A DNA stretch of 62,923 nucleotides, the filler included, from Licmophora abbreviata (taxonomy: Eukaryota), in NCBI GenBank assembly GCA_900291995.1. It is 11 parts of 11 records of this genome, joined end to end, with 100 filler letters (N's around TTAATTAATTAA, not from the genome) between each part and the next. Parts side by side here need not be neighbours in the genome. Positions count along the whole stretch, not along the records: positions 34,174 to 36,907 come from OLMU01003210.1; positions 37,008 to 38,832 come from OLMU01003212.1; positions 38,933 to 44,670 come from OLMU01003213.1; positions 44,771 to 58,810 come from OLMU01003214.1; 7 more parts are not named here. One strand, given 5' to 3'. Both the position numbers and the translations under genes were made by a program. Under the pieces are notes generated by a model. The model was not told the DNA's origin. It was given only the letters and a program-made list of their open reading frames with translations, and did no database searches. Numbering within the stretch: position 1 is the stretch's first letter; the number at the start of each line of letters is the position of its first letter. This document shows, in pieces, positions 34,284 through 45,866 of this stretch.

Positions 34284-35367
34284 TTACATGCGTGTGTTGG
34301 ACAAGGCCAGAACCAATATATCCGTAGCTCCAGCTGCGTGGAGCTGATCCATCTTATCCGAAACTTCTTTCTTGAGAACCAAACTCGAAACTGACTTGAA
34401 ATGTCCATCGTCGAGACTAGTTACCGTTGGGGATCGCTTTCCGGGAGTAATCTTCATTGCTTCAGGCAACAAGTCCGCTGAAACATTGTAGATGATCATG
34501 ACGTACTTTGTAGCTGTTATATATCCCTCAATACGATGCTTCAAAAGATTAACGATGTCTTGGTGTTCCGAATTGGGATTGGAGATGAGAATCGCCTAAA
34601 GTAGAGCAAACGTTGTCAATAGCCTTGTCAGACAAGCGCACATAGGAAATGAGCGATATACACTTCTCGCCTAGCCATACCTGTGTACTGAGAATCTCAT
34701 GAACCACCTCGAGACCGGCAGCCTGTGGAATCAAGGTGATAAAAAAGCAACAAACAAGTAGGACATTAGCCACTGCTGTCCTCCGTGTCAGCTGAATAAC
34801 ATTAAAAAACTCTGTTCTCACCCTCATTGTCGTTCCCGTCTCGACAAGATCAACAACGGCATCGGCAAGTCCCAATCCACACGCTGCTTCCACTGATCCA
34901 GAGACAAACTTGACGCTAGTCGTGGTACCTTTGGCCTCGTCGTAGGACTTGAAGAAAGACTTCGTCACGTCTGGAAAGCTAGTAACGATTCGTCCCCCAG
35001 CAAGCTCTTCCACACTACTGATTTTGCTGTCTACTGGTGCTTGTACACAAAGCTTGCACTTGCCAAATCCGAGATCCATAATGTGATCAACTTCGACCAT
35101 GCTCTCCTTGACGACATCCATCCCGGTGATACCAATATCTACATTTCCCTCTCCAACGTACTTGGCGATATCGGCAGCCGGCAAAAAGACTAGCGTGATG
35201 GGAAGTCCTACACAGAGAGCCACGTCCAGTCGAGACTCTCGGCGGAATTCAATGCCCGCACCTTTCAGCACTTCGACCACCTTCTCGAAAAGGCGACCCT
35301 TCTTGGGGATGGCAAATCTGCAGTTCCCGGGAGGACTCGAGTTCTTGCGCTCCGTAGTTGGGCTCAT
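34284..35367 (-). CDS. hisG: ATP phosphoribosyltransferase, long form (exons 35367-34822, 34722-34681, 34595-34284)
   Basis: FAIPKKGRL, DIGITGMD, LGFGKCKL, SGSVEAACGLGLADAVVDLVETGTTMR, C-terminal regulatory domain PGKRSPTV...GATDILV. Confidence 0.95.
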
Positions 35368-35903
35368 GGTGCTTGTACTTCAACGAAAACAGTTAACAAT
35401 GGTAAACCTCTACACAACTCAGGAATCAAACGGAAGAAGATTCAATTGACACGATGTTCTTGAGTGATCCTCGTTTGGTTTCGTGATGTATTTGTATTCA
35501 TCCATGCAAACGCCGCCGGATGATGTCCGCATGTTTGATGGCGCGCACTTTTCAATCGAACTGAAAAATGTGCGGCCATCATCGCACGCGAGATAGAGGC
35601 AGGTGGATGCGACGCACTGACCATAGTCCATCTCCATCGTACTCAGTAGTAGCTAGATCACCGCAAACAAACACATCGGTGCCAATTGCAAGTACCTGGT
35701 ACGAAGAAGGCATGCAAGCGCACCTGCTTCCACTCGAAAGAGACAGAGCAACACGAAGGCCAACGATTCGGCAACTGGCAACGTCTGCACCTCCAATATA
35801 TCGGAAGAGCTCAATCGTGGCCGGAACACGAGATAGACGCAGCTGAACGTGTCGAGTCATCAAGGTGGACGACGAAGAATCGCTAAATTATATTAGGTCG
35901 CAC

Positions 35904-36826
35904 TTAAAGGTTGTATGTATGCCGAATATCCTCTTCTGAGATCCCTCCAAGCTGCATACTTCTCTTTGTGGCGGCTGAAACAGCGTTTATCGCAGCCGCA
36001 CGAAACCCGCTGTTGACAACGCAACGATGGTGAACGTTGAGTTGTGGCAAGCGACAACACTCACAATAAAAGTGTCAGGAACTTACCCATCTTCTAGGGC
36101 GTTGACGCCAGCAATGGTGGTACCTCCCGCAGACGTGACGCCATCCTTCAGGAGGCCTGGGTGCTTTCCTGTTTGGATTACCATCTCTGCCGCTCCCTTC
36201 ACTGTTTGAGCCGCCAACTGCATGGCGATGCCTCGCGGAAGACCAGCACGAACACCCCCATCACTCAAAGCTTCAATAAACTGAAATACATAGGCCGGAC
36301 CACTCCCCGACAACCCCGTGACGGCGTTCAGCAGGATCTCGCTCAACTCGGACGCAACTCCGACGGACCCGAAGATCGTCTGCACAATGTCCCGATCATT
36401 TTCATTGGCGAGACTGCCAAGCGCAAACCCAGCAGCACCCTCACCGATGAGACAAGGAGTGTTCGGCATGACCCGAACGACACGTCGACCCGGTAGACTG
36501 GCCTCGAGCGACTCGAGCGTTACTCCAGCAGCAATGCTGATGACAAGAGCGTTGCTTTCGATTGAGGCCAGATCACTGCAAACATCAGGGATGGCATTCG
36601 GTTTCACCGCGAGGATAATTGCGTCTTTGGATCGGCGACATACATCCAGATTGGACTTGGAGGCCACGATGCCTTTCCCTCGTGCCTTTTCCAGTGCCGG
36701 CTCATACAGATCGGAACACGCAATGTCCTTCGGCTCCGAAACGACACTCTTGTTCATCAATCCATCCATGAGAGCCGATGCCATCATCCCAGATCCAATG
36801 AAACCAACCGATAACTTCATAATCAT
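35904..36826 (-). CDS. proC: Pyrroline-5-carboxylate reductase (exons 36826-36087, 36009-35904)
   Basis: GFIGSGMMA, LAVKP, SIAAGV, RVMPNTP, TGLSGSGPAY, VTSAGGTTI..LEDG|GFRAA. Confidence 0.95.
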
Positions 36827-37169
36827 GTTTTGCTTTCTATTTCCTCAAGAAGCTGCTATGGTATAACTTCCCTCGTGAGTCGAGACGCGTTGTGCGGTGT
36901 GTTGACCNNNNNNNNNNNNNNNNNNNNNNNNNNNNNNNNNNNNNNNNNNNNTTAATTAATTAANNNNNNNNNNNNNNNNNNNNNNNNNNNNNNNNNNNNN
37001 NNNNNNNATTGAAAATGAGGGTGTCAGAACGTGATCAGCACATGAATCGTGTCAGTCTTATTGCTACCATCATCGCCTGTTCAAATCGCATCATGTATGT
37101 TGTCTCTGTGGAGACGCAGGACGGACACCGGCAAGCGCCCGACCGCAGCCGGTACCACGAGAAACTTAC

Positions 37170-37308
37170 GGGAGCCTGAGATACACATTTCATCGCATCG
37201 TACAATCACAATCGACTGTCCAGCAAGCAGCTCCTTGGCAACAAGACTGGCAAGGCGGCCAAGGAGATGGTCGCGGCCATCGATAACTTTCGTTGCAGTC
37301 AAAACCAT
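37170..37308 (-). CDS. RPL13A: 60S ribosomal protein uL13 (L13a), exon 1 only; the rest is lost in the gap
   Basis: [39 protein letters not shown] followed by a GTAAGT donor. Confidence 0.92.
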
Positions 37309-37551
37309 GGTGTCGTCGTTGTGCGTCCCGTTGAGATGCGAAACATGAGGGGCCGCAACAAACACTCAGTACTCTTCTACATGAATTCTACGTGAACCAA
37401 CATGGTAGTAAGTGGTAAGTGAAGGGACACGAATAGCTTGACTCAAATCAACTCTGAATCGTCCATCCGTCGCCCCAAAGACGAGACGTCGCTTTAGTCG
37501 AGACGAGAGACACGAAGAGGAATAAGTTTCATAGCACTCCGTCTTAGGTAA

Positions 37552-38253
37552 TTATGTGTTATTCTCGAGCCGTTGTCTCTTGTTGCGTTTCTTCTCTAGT
37601 CGAACCAGTTTTCTTCGCTTCCGCTTCTCTTCGATCTCCGCCTGCAATTCACTTGTTCGCTTGCGAGCATCCGGACCGTTGCCCGTGCAAGCAAGAGCAT
37701 TGAGTCTTGCCGTTCGCTCGTCTCTTCTATCCGATAAGTCTACAATTTCGATGCTCTCTTTCTTTGCACAATTGAGAATAGTCTCCGACGCCGCGCGCCC
37801 CGTGACGATACGCTTGATATTGGCAGCCGCCATGGCCCCAAAGCATGTCTTGCATGGCGGCATTGTAATATAAGCGGTGCATCCCTCTGTTGGATTTCCC
37901 AGACGCGCCGCATGACCGATTGCCCCAATTTCGGCATGTACATCACTATCCATTGTCGTGTAGAGCGGTAAATTGGTAGACACACCGACAATTGAGCCAA
38001 CGAGGCGACGTTCCAAAGCATCGACAGTCTCTTTCAAATCGTTCGAGTGGACAAACATCTTTTTCGGGTCCGTAACTATACATCCCATGTATCCTTGTAT
38101 ACATATGGAGTTTCGGGTCACTAGCAACGTGGCTTCCATGAAATTCTCGTCGTCCGAAAGCGTGATGTCAGGTCGCCATCCGTGCATGTTGTACGGGGCA
38201 AGAAGCGAGATCGAAGCTTTGCCGCTCGAAGAGCTTTCTTTTTCCCCAGTCAT
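37552..38253 (-). CDS. Cytidine/dCMP deaminase family Zn-dependent protein
   Basis: HAE and YITMPPCKTC motifs, basic C-terminal tail. Confidence 0.85.
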   Translation of the reverse strand: MTGEKESSSSGKASISLLAPYNMHGWRPDITLSDDENFMEATLLVTRNSICIQGYMGCIVTDPKKMFVHSNDLKETVDALERRLVGSIVGVSTNLPLYTTMDSDVHAEIGAIGHAARLGNPTEGCTAYITMPPCKTCFGAMAAANIKRIVTGRAASETILNCAKKESIEIVDLSDRRDERTARLNALACTGNGPDARKRTSELQAEIEEKRKRRKLVRLEKKRNKRQRLENNT

Positions 38254-39012
38254 TTGTCGCCCCTGTAAAAGTTGAATAAAATGATTGCGAGGTTTCGTTC
38301 TGTTACGAAACGACGTCAATAGCTGAAACGAGCGGCCGATACGATGTGTACAAAAAGCAAGCAACAATTGGATTCAGACGACTTCCAATCAAGTTTTCTT
38401 TCTCAGACAGAAATTCTCGCTCTTACAGTTCCTACATACACTTCTGTTCGTTTCTATGAGTCTGAATCTCGCTCTCCCAGCTGTTGCGTATAAATTGATT
38501 GGAGCATAAGCGAGAGACAGCCGCATCCCTCCGTCCTCATGATGGATGGATGATGGCGAGACGACGCTATCCTCATCAATTTGTGAGATGGGCAATCGCG
38601 TTTTGCCAAAACAAAACTCATTTTGGCAATGTCAAGGATAGTTTTGATAAAATAAAGATAACCCGGATATTTACGTCAGGTTTTGAAAGAAATGCTCTCA
38701 TCTTTTCTGTTTTCTGTAACAGCAGCGCCACCTCTGTGTTGTGTGATGAATCAATCGTTCGGATGATGTGGGTGACGACGACAAAGGTCTCCAGTAGGTG
38801 CAACAGCATATCTTTCTCTGCTCTTAGAGCCANNNNNNNNNNNNNNNNNNNNNNNNNNNNNNNNNNNNNNNNNNNNTTAATTAATTAANNNNNNNNNNNN
38901 NNNNNNNNNNNNNNNNNNNNNNNNNNNNNNNNTAAGAGCCACTGCCTACAGCCCACTCCCCACTTGCCAATTCGGAGCGTCTGACTGACTCTTATACAAC
39001 TCGCTTGCCATC

Positions 39013-40674
39013 ATGACCGTTCGACGGTATCAATTTCTGTGGCCATCCTCGCTTTGCGCCATACACATATTGGCATGTTGGGTGGGCGCCAGTGAGGCCT
39101 TCACATTTCAAGCCAATACGGCACGCCAGCCCGCGTCAAGGGCATTTTCTATGAAGAGTGGGATAACTGGGGATGACGCCTCTATGAGCGCTGGCGAGGC
39201 CACGCAGCGACTCGGAAGTATGACTGGGCCAACCGTCTGGACGGAATTCGCCCGCCTGTCTCAAGAACATGAAGTGGCCAATCTAGGCCAAGGTTTCCCT
39301 GATTGGTTGCCCCCGAAATTTGCCGTTGACAGTTTAGTTGAGGCGGCCTTAGACTCTGAGCAGAGTCCACATCAGTACACGAGGACTGCAGGGCATCCGA
39401 ACTTAGTCAACCAGCTGGCCAGGCGATACTCAATCCATCTGAATCAGGAAGTCGATCCAATGTCGGAGGTTGCTGTGACTGTTGGTGCTAGTCAAGCCTT
39501 GTATCTAAGTTTACAGACGCTTATCAAGCCAGGTACGTAAGCTTTATGCTTTGCCTTTTGTCACTTTGAAGCGTTAATCTAACGTCATGCTCCCACCCCC
39601 TCTTACAACGAAGGCGACGAAGTCATTCTCTTTGAACCATTTTTCGACCTTTACGTCAACCAAGTGAAGCTCGCAGGTGGGACTCTTGTGTATGTACCAT
39701 TAAGATTCGTTCCTTATGAGGAGGGTGATGATGTGGTGACGGGCGGCGACTGGTTGCTCGATGCTGACGTGCTCTGTGATGCCATCTCGCCGAAGACAAA
39801 AGCAATCATTCTCAATTCTCCACACAACCCAACAGGAAAGATTTTCACCCGATCAGAAATGGAAATGATTGCGGAGGCGCTAGAGCTTGCTGGACCAGAT
39901 TGTGTCGTTCTATCCGATGAGGTGTACAAGTACATAGTTCACGCACCACCGAAAGAGCCGGAGCATCGTATGGGTGAGTCGGTACTGTGTAGGGGCCACA
40001 TCCATTTTGCATCTCTCCCGGGCATGTGGGATCGTACGATCACAATTTCTTCTGCCGGAAAGACGTTTTCGGCGACAGGGTGGCAAGTTGGTTGGTGCAT
40101 TGGACCCAAGCGTTTGATTTCCCCCATTCACCAGCTACTGCCGTATGTACAGTTCTGTGCGTCGACGCTGGTGCAGGAGGCGCTTGCTCGAACTTTGCCA
40201 CGTGCAGACCAGCAATACGAAGGGTACGACTCGTACTATGCCTACCTCAAGGCCAAATATACACGAAAACGAGATTTGCTAGGTGAAGCGCTCCGCTCAG
40301 CTGGATTTGCCATCGCTGAATATGACCGAACACCTGGTGGCGGCTTTTTCATATTTGCTCGAGTCGGCAAGGCCGTACAGAACGCTATTCCGAAGGAACG
40401 CCTTATGTCTCCGAATCCAGCAGCGCCTGGAGGTGTTGCACGGCAAGATTGGGCATTGTGCCAATGGATGGCCGAGGAAAAGGGGCTGCTCTGCATTCCG
40501 TCTAGCCCCTTCTTCTCGCGCGAAAGAGCCTTGGAGGGAGCCTCAGACCAGTTTGTTCGAATTGCATTCTGCAAGGCGGATCAAACCATTGAAGCAGCTG
40601 CCACGGCTCTTCAGGAGCTGGTGGAGGAGTCTGAGAAAAACTCGAAGGCAGAGACAACCGTTGTGACTCAATAG
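39013..40674 (+). CDS. Class I/II PLP aminotransferase (kynurenine aminotransferase / glutamine transaminase K-like), plastid-targeted (intron 39533-39613)
   Basis: NLGQGFPD, QYTR..G, EPFFDLY, LNSPHNPTGK, SDEVY, SAGKTFSATGWQVGW, VRIAFCK. Presequence SEA-FTF. Confidence 0.9.
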
Positions 40675-40741
40675 CCTGAGATAGAAGTAAACGCTGATAG
40701 AAGCCGTCTATTGCAGTAGTTTATCTTCGATAAGGTGAAAA

Positions 40742-42504
40742 CTACGATTTCTTTCCTACAACATTTTTGAGTGCCTGTTCCGTTCGCTGTCGCTCCTTGC
40801 GATCTCGAGCCTTTCGCTCTTTCATTTTCTTTACCAAGTCGTCGAAACCAATATCCATCAGTTTTCGGCGCGACAAACGAGCAGCTTTAGTTACGGGCCC
40901 GAGCATTTTGACTGCCATGTCATCAGTGATTTCTTCGCATTTTTCCAATGGGCGGCCTGTGATACGTTCTGCGGCATGGACCAACGCTACATCAGACTCG
41001 CTAACCAGGCTGATTGCACGTCCACGTCTCCCAGCGCGTGCTGTCCTCCCGACTCTATGCACGTAGCTCACAGCGTTGCATGGTAGTTCGGCATTAAGGA
41101 CTAGGTCGACCGTTGGAATGTCCAAACCGCGTGAGGCGACATCAGTAGCAACTAGTACGCGCACGTGCTGAGACTTAAACTTGCCCAGCGCGGCCAATCG
41201 ACGATTCTGAGACAAGAGCGAATGCAAAGCCACATTTTCCACGCCAACCTCCGACAAAACGCCAGACACAAATGCTGCACGTTCACAAGTCGAAACAAAA
41301 ATAATGGCAGAACGCGCCTTGCCTAACTCTTCTTCATCCACGCGACCCATGGTCCAGCCGCTGCCCTTTCGGTTTCGTTGGTTTCCGTTCTCAGCTTCGC
41401 CCCGTCGTCCTCCGTTAGCGAGAAGCGTACGAATTGCAGTAAGCATGTAGGCATCCCGGACACGGGACGGCATGAATACATATTCCTGTTTGAGCCCCGC
41501 TGGGAGATTGGTGGTAGTATCTATTCGGGTTTCGTTTTCCACATCGGTGTGCCCAGACTCTGACGATTCCCCCGAATTGCTTTCATCAGCATCGTCTTGA
41601 GACTTCTTGCTCCGTTTTGATTGCTCTTCCGTACAAGTGCCGTCCTCTCGGATCACAAATTTCTGGAGTGGCAAGCGGCCGAGTCCAGCTCCGGCTATCT
41701 CTTCAACAACCTCCAGGCTTTTTGTCAACGTAGCGCTAAACAAAAGTGTCTGGCATCTCGACCGTCGTACTCGAGACTCTTGGCCCGGAGAGGTCGTGGT
41801 GGTGCAGTGCAACAGAAGCTCCGCCACGTCTTTCTCGAATCCACTTCGAGCCGTCAAAAGTCGATCTGCCTCATCCAGAACGAGATAGCGCACATGTGTA
41901 AGCCGCGGGGGACTAGGACCTCGAAGCAGTTCCGCCAATCGTCCTGGGGTGGCAACGACAAAGTGAGGCCGCTGGTCTAGATCACAGCTCTGTCGCACTG
42001 CATCCAACCCTCCCACTACCAGTGCAGACTGTACTTGATATGCACTTCCAAGTGCGAGAACTTGCTGGTGGATTTGCTTGGCGAGTTCTCGAGTTGGTGT
42101 CATTATGACCGCATAGATGCCATAGGGGTCTCCGCTCAAGTGATGTAGAATCGGTAGAATGAAGGCGGCCGATTTTCCACTTCCCGTCGCTGACAGGGTG
42201 ATCAAATGTGAAGACTGCTCCTTGAGGAGAAAAGGAATAACAGTACGCTGAACGGGGGTCAGGTTTTGAAAATCCCATACTCCGACAGGTGCCGACCAGT
42301 GGCGCAGCCAAACCTAGCTCCTCGAAGGTCGTCCATGGTGAAGATGTGAGTTTGTGCTGAGGTGTCTCGGTGACCTGTTTCGTCGGTCCTTCATCGTCGA
42401 ATGATGGATTCGTTGCGCGCTTGTCATCAAGCAAATTTGCACACTCTCCTGAACAAACCCTCTGTGATGCGCTTGCGCTTCTTTTTCCCGAATAGAGTCG
42501 CCAT
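40742..42504 (-). CDS. DDX49: DEAD-box RNA helicase DDX49/DBP8 (two apparent +1 frameshifts in the 5' part)
   Basis: Q motif FEELGL..GFSKP(T)PVQ, TGSGKSAAF, PTRELA, DEAD, SAT, TDVASRGLDIP, YVHRVGRTARAG. DPYGIYA is typical of DBP8. Confidence 0.88.
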
Positions 42505-42849
42505 GGTTCTCTTCGGGAGCGGCGGCGTCCTATAGACCGGCGAAGTTTTAGTGTGTGTTGTGAGAAACTTGGAAAGAAAAATATGTATGGACGTCGATGA
42601 GTCACGGGGTATCGATCAGTCACGAGTCGGGGTAGGCACAAAGCAAAGCGGAAGCTCAAGAAGCATGGCACTGATATTGACTATAGAAATCGTACGAAGC
42701 GATAGTAGATATGATTCCACGTTACAACTAACTCTATCAGTATATAGACGAGTGTATTTACAAGTTTCAGCGTGTCGTGATCCCATCATGCGCTACCTGG
42801 TACCAAACCGCTCAGATCCTTCGCTAAGCAGGAAATTGCATTTCGTCAC

Positions 42850-44271
42850 TTACTTCATGTCGGAGAAAGCAACGTACGAGAGAAAATCGTTCTCGTCCTC
42901 TTCATCGGAGTCGACCAGCGTTGAACGCGTAGCGCCAATCGTCTTGTACGTCACAGGAGCGGACAAAGTCGAAGCGGCAGGATTGGACAAAGACGGTACC
43001 GTTGACAAGACGGGCGACTCGGTTTCAGCAATCCCGTCGAATTCGAACTCGCCATCGTACTCCTCACCACCGATGATATCGAGAGCAGTACTGAATTCTC
43101 GATTAGATCGCATGCGACCAATACGATGAGGTTGCTGTCGACGATCTAAGGAGTCTCTATCGTTTCGATACGAGTCGCCCGGGTCAGCTGGAGGTGGCAC
43201 GAGCGGTGGCGCCTGAGCAGTCGCCGGGGTACGGCCATTGGCGTGGCTAAAAGTAGAGGGTCTTGCGTATGGATTTCGTACAGCACCGGTCGATGCACTT
43301 GTGCCAGGCGAACTGGTATAGGGAGACGGCGTGACCTGCATCGTCGCGGACGAGCGTGTCGTACTGGTTCGGTTCCGCCGACGGTGTGTCGCATCTGTCG
43401 AGAGAAGAGCAAAGAGCAGAATTAAGATTGAAAATGGATTGATTTGCACGTCACCGAGGTCGATCACGACTACTGACGCACCTCGCTGATAGGTCTGGGC
43501 AAGCTCCATGGTCTGCCGCGTTTCGTTCTCAATGTTCGACAACTCGAGTCGTACGTCAGTGACGTCGCTTCGGAGACGTCGGAGTTGCGCATTCAGCTGC
43601 TCTTTCTTGCGACGACGATGCATTGCACGGTCGCGACTCTCTTGATCGAGCTTTCGGGCTCTCTGAATGTCGGTTCTGGTATCGTCCCATTTCTTCTTGC
43701 AACGTTCGTACTCGAGGATGGCAAGAGTCAGCTCTTCGTCACGCTCCTCCTCGTCTTGACCGGTCGGATGTGCGAGAAAATCGAGCTCTTCTGTCGTCAA
43801 GGTGTCGGCATGTAGCGCTAGAAAAGCATGCGATGGTGCCATGGGTTCTCCTACAGCTGAGGCCATCACTCGAAGTCGCTTGCACTTTGAACGAAAGTCG
43901 CGGGAACCCTCCAAGTACACTTGATGCTGATCTTGAACATACTGTTTCGTCACTTGATAGTTACGGCGAGTGCTCGTACCGTCCATGAGCGCTTGTCGCT
44001 CTCGTTCGCTCACATCATGTTGGCGCAGCGCCTCCTGTGCCCGTCGATGAAGATCTTGAGTCTCGCGCTTGGCTACTTCCGTGGAATCTTCCATTTCGTC
44101 GCGCTCTTCCCGAGCACGCTGGATCTTGGCACGCATGTCGTCTTGGGCTTGCTGACACTGATCAATCTGTTGGCGGGCCTCCTCAATGCCACGGTGGAGC
44201 GCGGAGTACTTCTCGTACAGCGCCATGGCAGCTCCATTGGATGCCCCCGATGAGGACGTCGATGATGTCAT
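42850..44271 (-). CDS. Hypothetical coiled-coil protein with disordered C-terminus (probable 87-nt intron 43481-43395)
   Basis: Heptad-rich E/R/Q N-half. An out-of-character hydrophobic stretch coincides with GTGCGT...CAG. Confidence 0.6.
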   Translation of the reverse strand: MTSSTSSSGASNGAAMALYEKYSALHRGIEEARQQIDQCQQAQDDMRAKIQRAREERDEMEDSTEVAKRETQDLHRRAQEALRQHDVSERERQALMDGTSTRRNYQVTKQYVQDQHQVYLEGSRDFRSKCKRLRVMASAVGEPMAPSHAFLALHADTLTTEELDFLAHPTGQDEEERDEELTLAILEYERCKKKWDDTRTDIQRARKLDQESRDRAMHRRRKKEQLNAQLRRLRSDVTDVRLELSNIENETRQTMELAQTYQRGASVVVIDLGDVQINPFSILILLFALLSTDATHRRRNRTSTTRSSATMQVTPSPYTSSPGTSASTGAVRNPYARPSTFSHANGRTPATAQAPPLVPPPADPGDSYRNDRDSLDRRQQPHRIGRMRSNREFSTALDIIGGEEYDGEFEFDGIAETESPVLSTVPSLSNPAASTLSAPVTYKTIGATRSTLVDSDEEDENDFLSYVAFSDMK

Positions 44272-44770
44272 TGAAAATCTGTCTCTTTGGCGTTTCGCAA
44301 TCCTTTGTGAGCAAACGGTTGTGCGTGTATCTTCTTATTGGAAAGGAGAGGAGCAGCGAAGAAGAGAACAGCGGCGACGCGGTCGTCAAAAGGACACACT
44401 GTGATGGTATGTCCGTGTCATGTGTCATGGTCGCGACGACTTTTTTCTTTCTTAGCAATGACAGACGCACGAGCTCCTACCGTGATGTTTTCTGAAGAGG
44501 GAGAGATCACCGGCGTGCGAGACGGCAGCTTCAACACTGACGTCATCGCGACGTTCGGGCTGAGTTTCTGTGTCTGCGTTTGCGTTTGCTGATGATGTTG
44601 AATGTGCGCTAATGGTCCGTCGAAGGCGATGTCATCATTACATTCTTCTGTGTTTTTGTTGCTGTGTCATNNNNNNNNNNNNNNNNNNNNNNNNNNNNNN
44701 NNNNNNNNNNNNNNTTAATTAATTAANNNNNNNNNNNNNNNNNNNNNNNNNNNNNNNNNNNNNNNNNNNN

Positions 44771-45743
44771 GAAGATGGAACCCGGCACCTCTAGCGTTGC
44801 CTTGGCGATGGAGCAACGACCTTCCTTGCAAGTACTGGAAGAAGGCCCAGTTGAGCTTCCTCCCATTGAAGAAGGCAGAACGCTGACAAAACTCGAAGAC
44901 GAGTTCCGCGAAATTATGGGAGATGTTGCAGCTCTTCCCTCGAAAGACATAGCAGCCGTCCCCGGACCCCGCCTCAGAGACATTCTCGAAGGGGCGCGGG
45001 CTGGAGCCGGCGAACGCGAAGTGTATCGAGCCTTTGAAGTTCTGTTTCAAGATCTCGTCCCCTTGCGTATTGCTGGCCGCATGATTTTCTCAAAACTCAT
45101 GCAAGAGGTGCGTGTCGCGAACCAGCGACACGTTGAGCAAGTGGAAGCGCTGGCGACCTCGACTGGCTTATGCCCTCAGGAAATCGAACAAGGCCGCTTT
45201 ACCTTCCTACAGATTGCCCAACATGAGGATGATGGTGAGTCCTTCTTGACAATTGAGCAACTGGTAGAAACTGGGGTTGCGACGACGATCGTTGAGCTTC
45301 TAGGGTACGAAAATTTCGACGAGTTGCTTACAGACCTTGACAAGGACCAGACCGGTAGGCTTACATTCGAACAACTCATCATTGGTCTTCAGAGATGCGA
45401 TGGCGTGGACGAAACCTGCGTTCTGGAGTGCCAACCATCAACCGTTCTTCAGGAACTTGCAAAACGTATGGAGCCTACGAAAGTGACTTCGAACACAGAC
45501 CAGAGGCGAAGAAAGTATGAAGAAAAGTACGAGAGCATGGTACAGACCTTTGTCGAATGGGAAGATCGAGTGCCGAAAGGAGAAGGACGCCGTTTGGATA
45601 TACTGCGCGGGTGTTTTGTGGGGGCTCGCAACGCTAAGGTAGTGAGCGCCCTTGAGATTGTATATTGCGACTACTCTGCACTTCGAATGGCCGGAGATCT
45701 GATCTTCGGATTGATGTGCAAAGTCATGAGAACTGGCCAATAG
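44771..45743 (+). CDS. EF-hand-containing protein (5' end possibly in the gap)
   Basis: Canonical loop DKDQTGRLTFEQL and a degenerate partner (HEDDGESFLTIEQL), flanked by two homologous segments. Confidence 0.75.
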
Positions 45744-45866
45744 ACGACATAGAGCCAACAGGCAGTGTCTCGATTAATAGATAGGACTTGAATCAAGCAA
45801 CTCGCGTAATAACGCGTTCTGCTATCTACGGTTACGATACTGGTGTTTTGGACGCGTCCAATTGAA

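Noticed and set aside
38390..38832. AT-richer segment with short ORFs and a 9-bp inverted repeat (TTGCCAAAA/TTTTGGCAA, 38603-38629)
   Set aside because: No recognisable protein motif, terminal repeat or target-site duplication, and it is truncated by a gap, so it cannot be called a mobile element.
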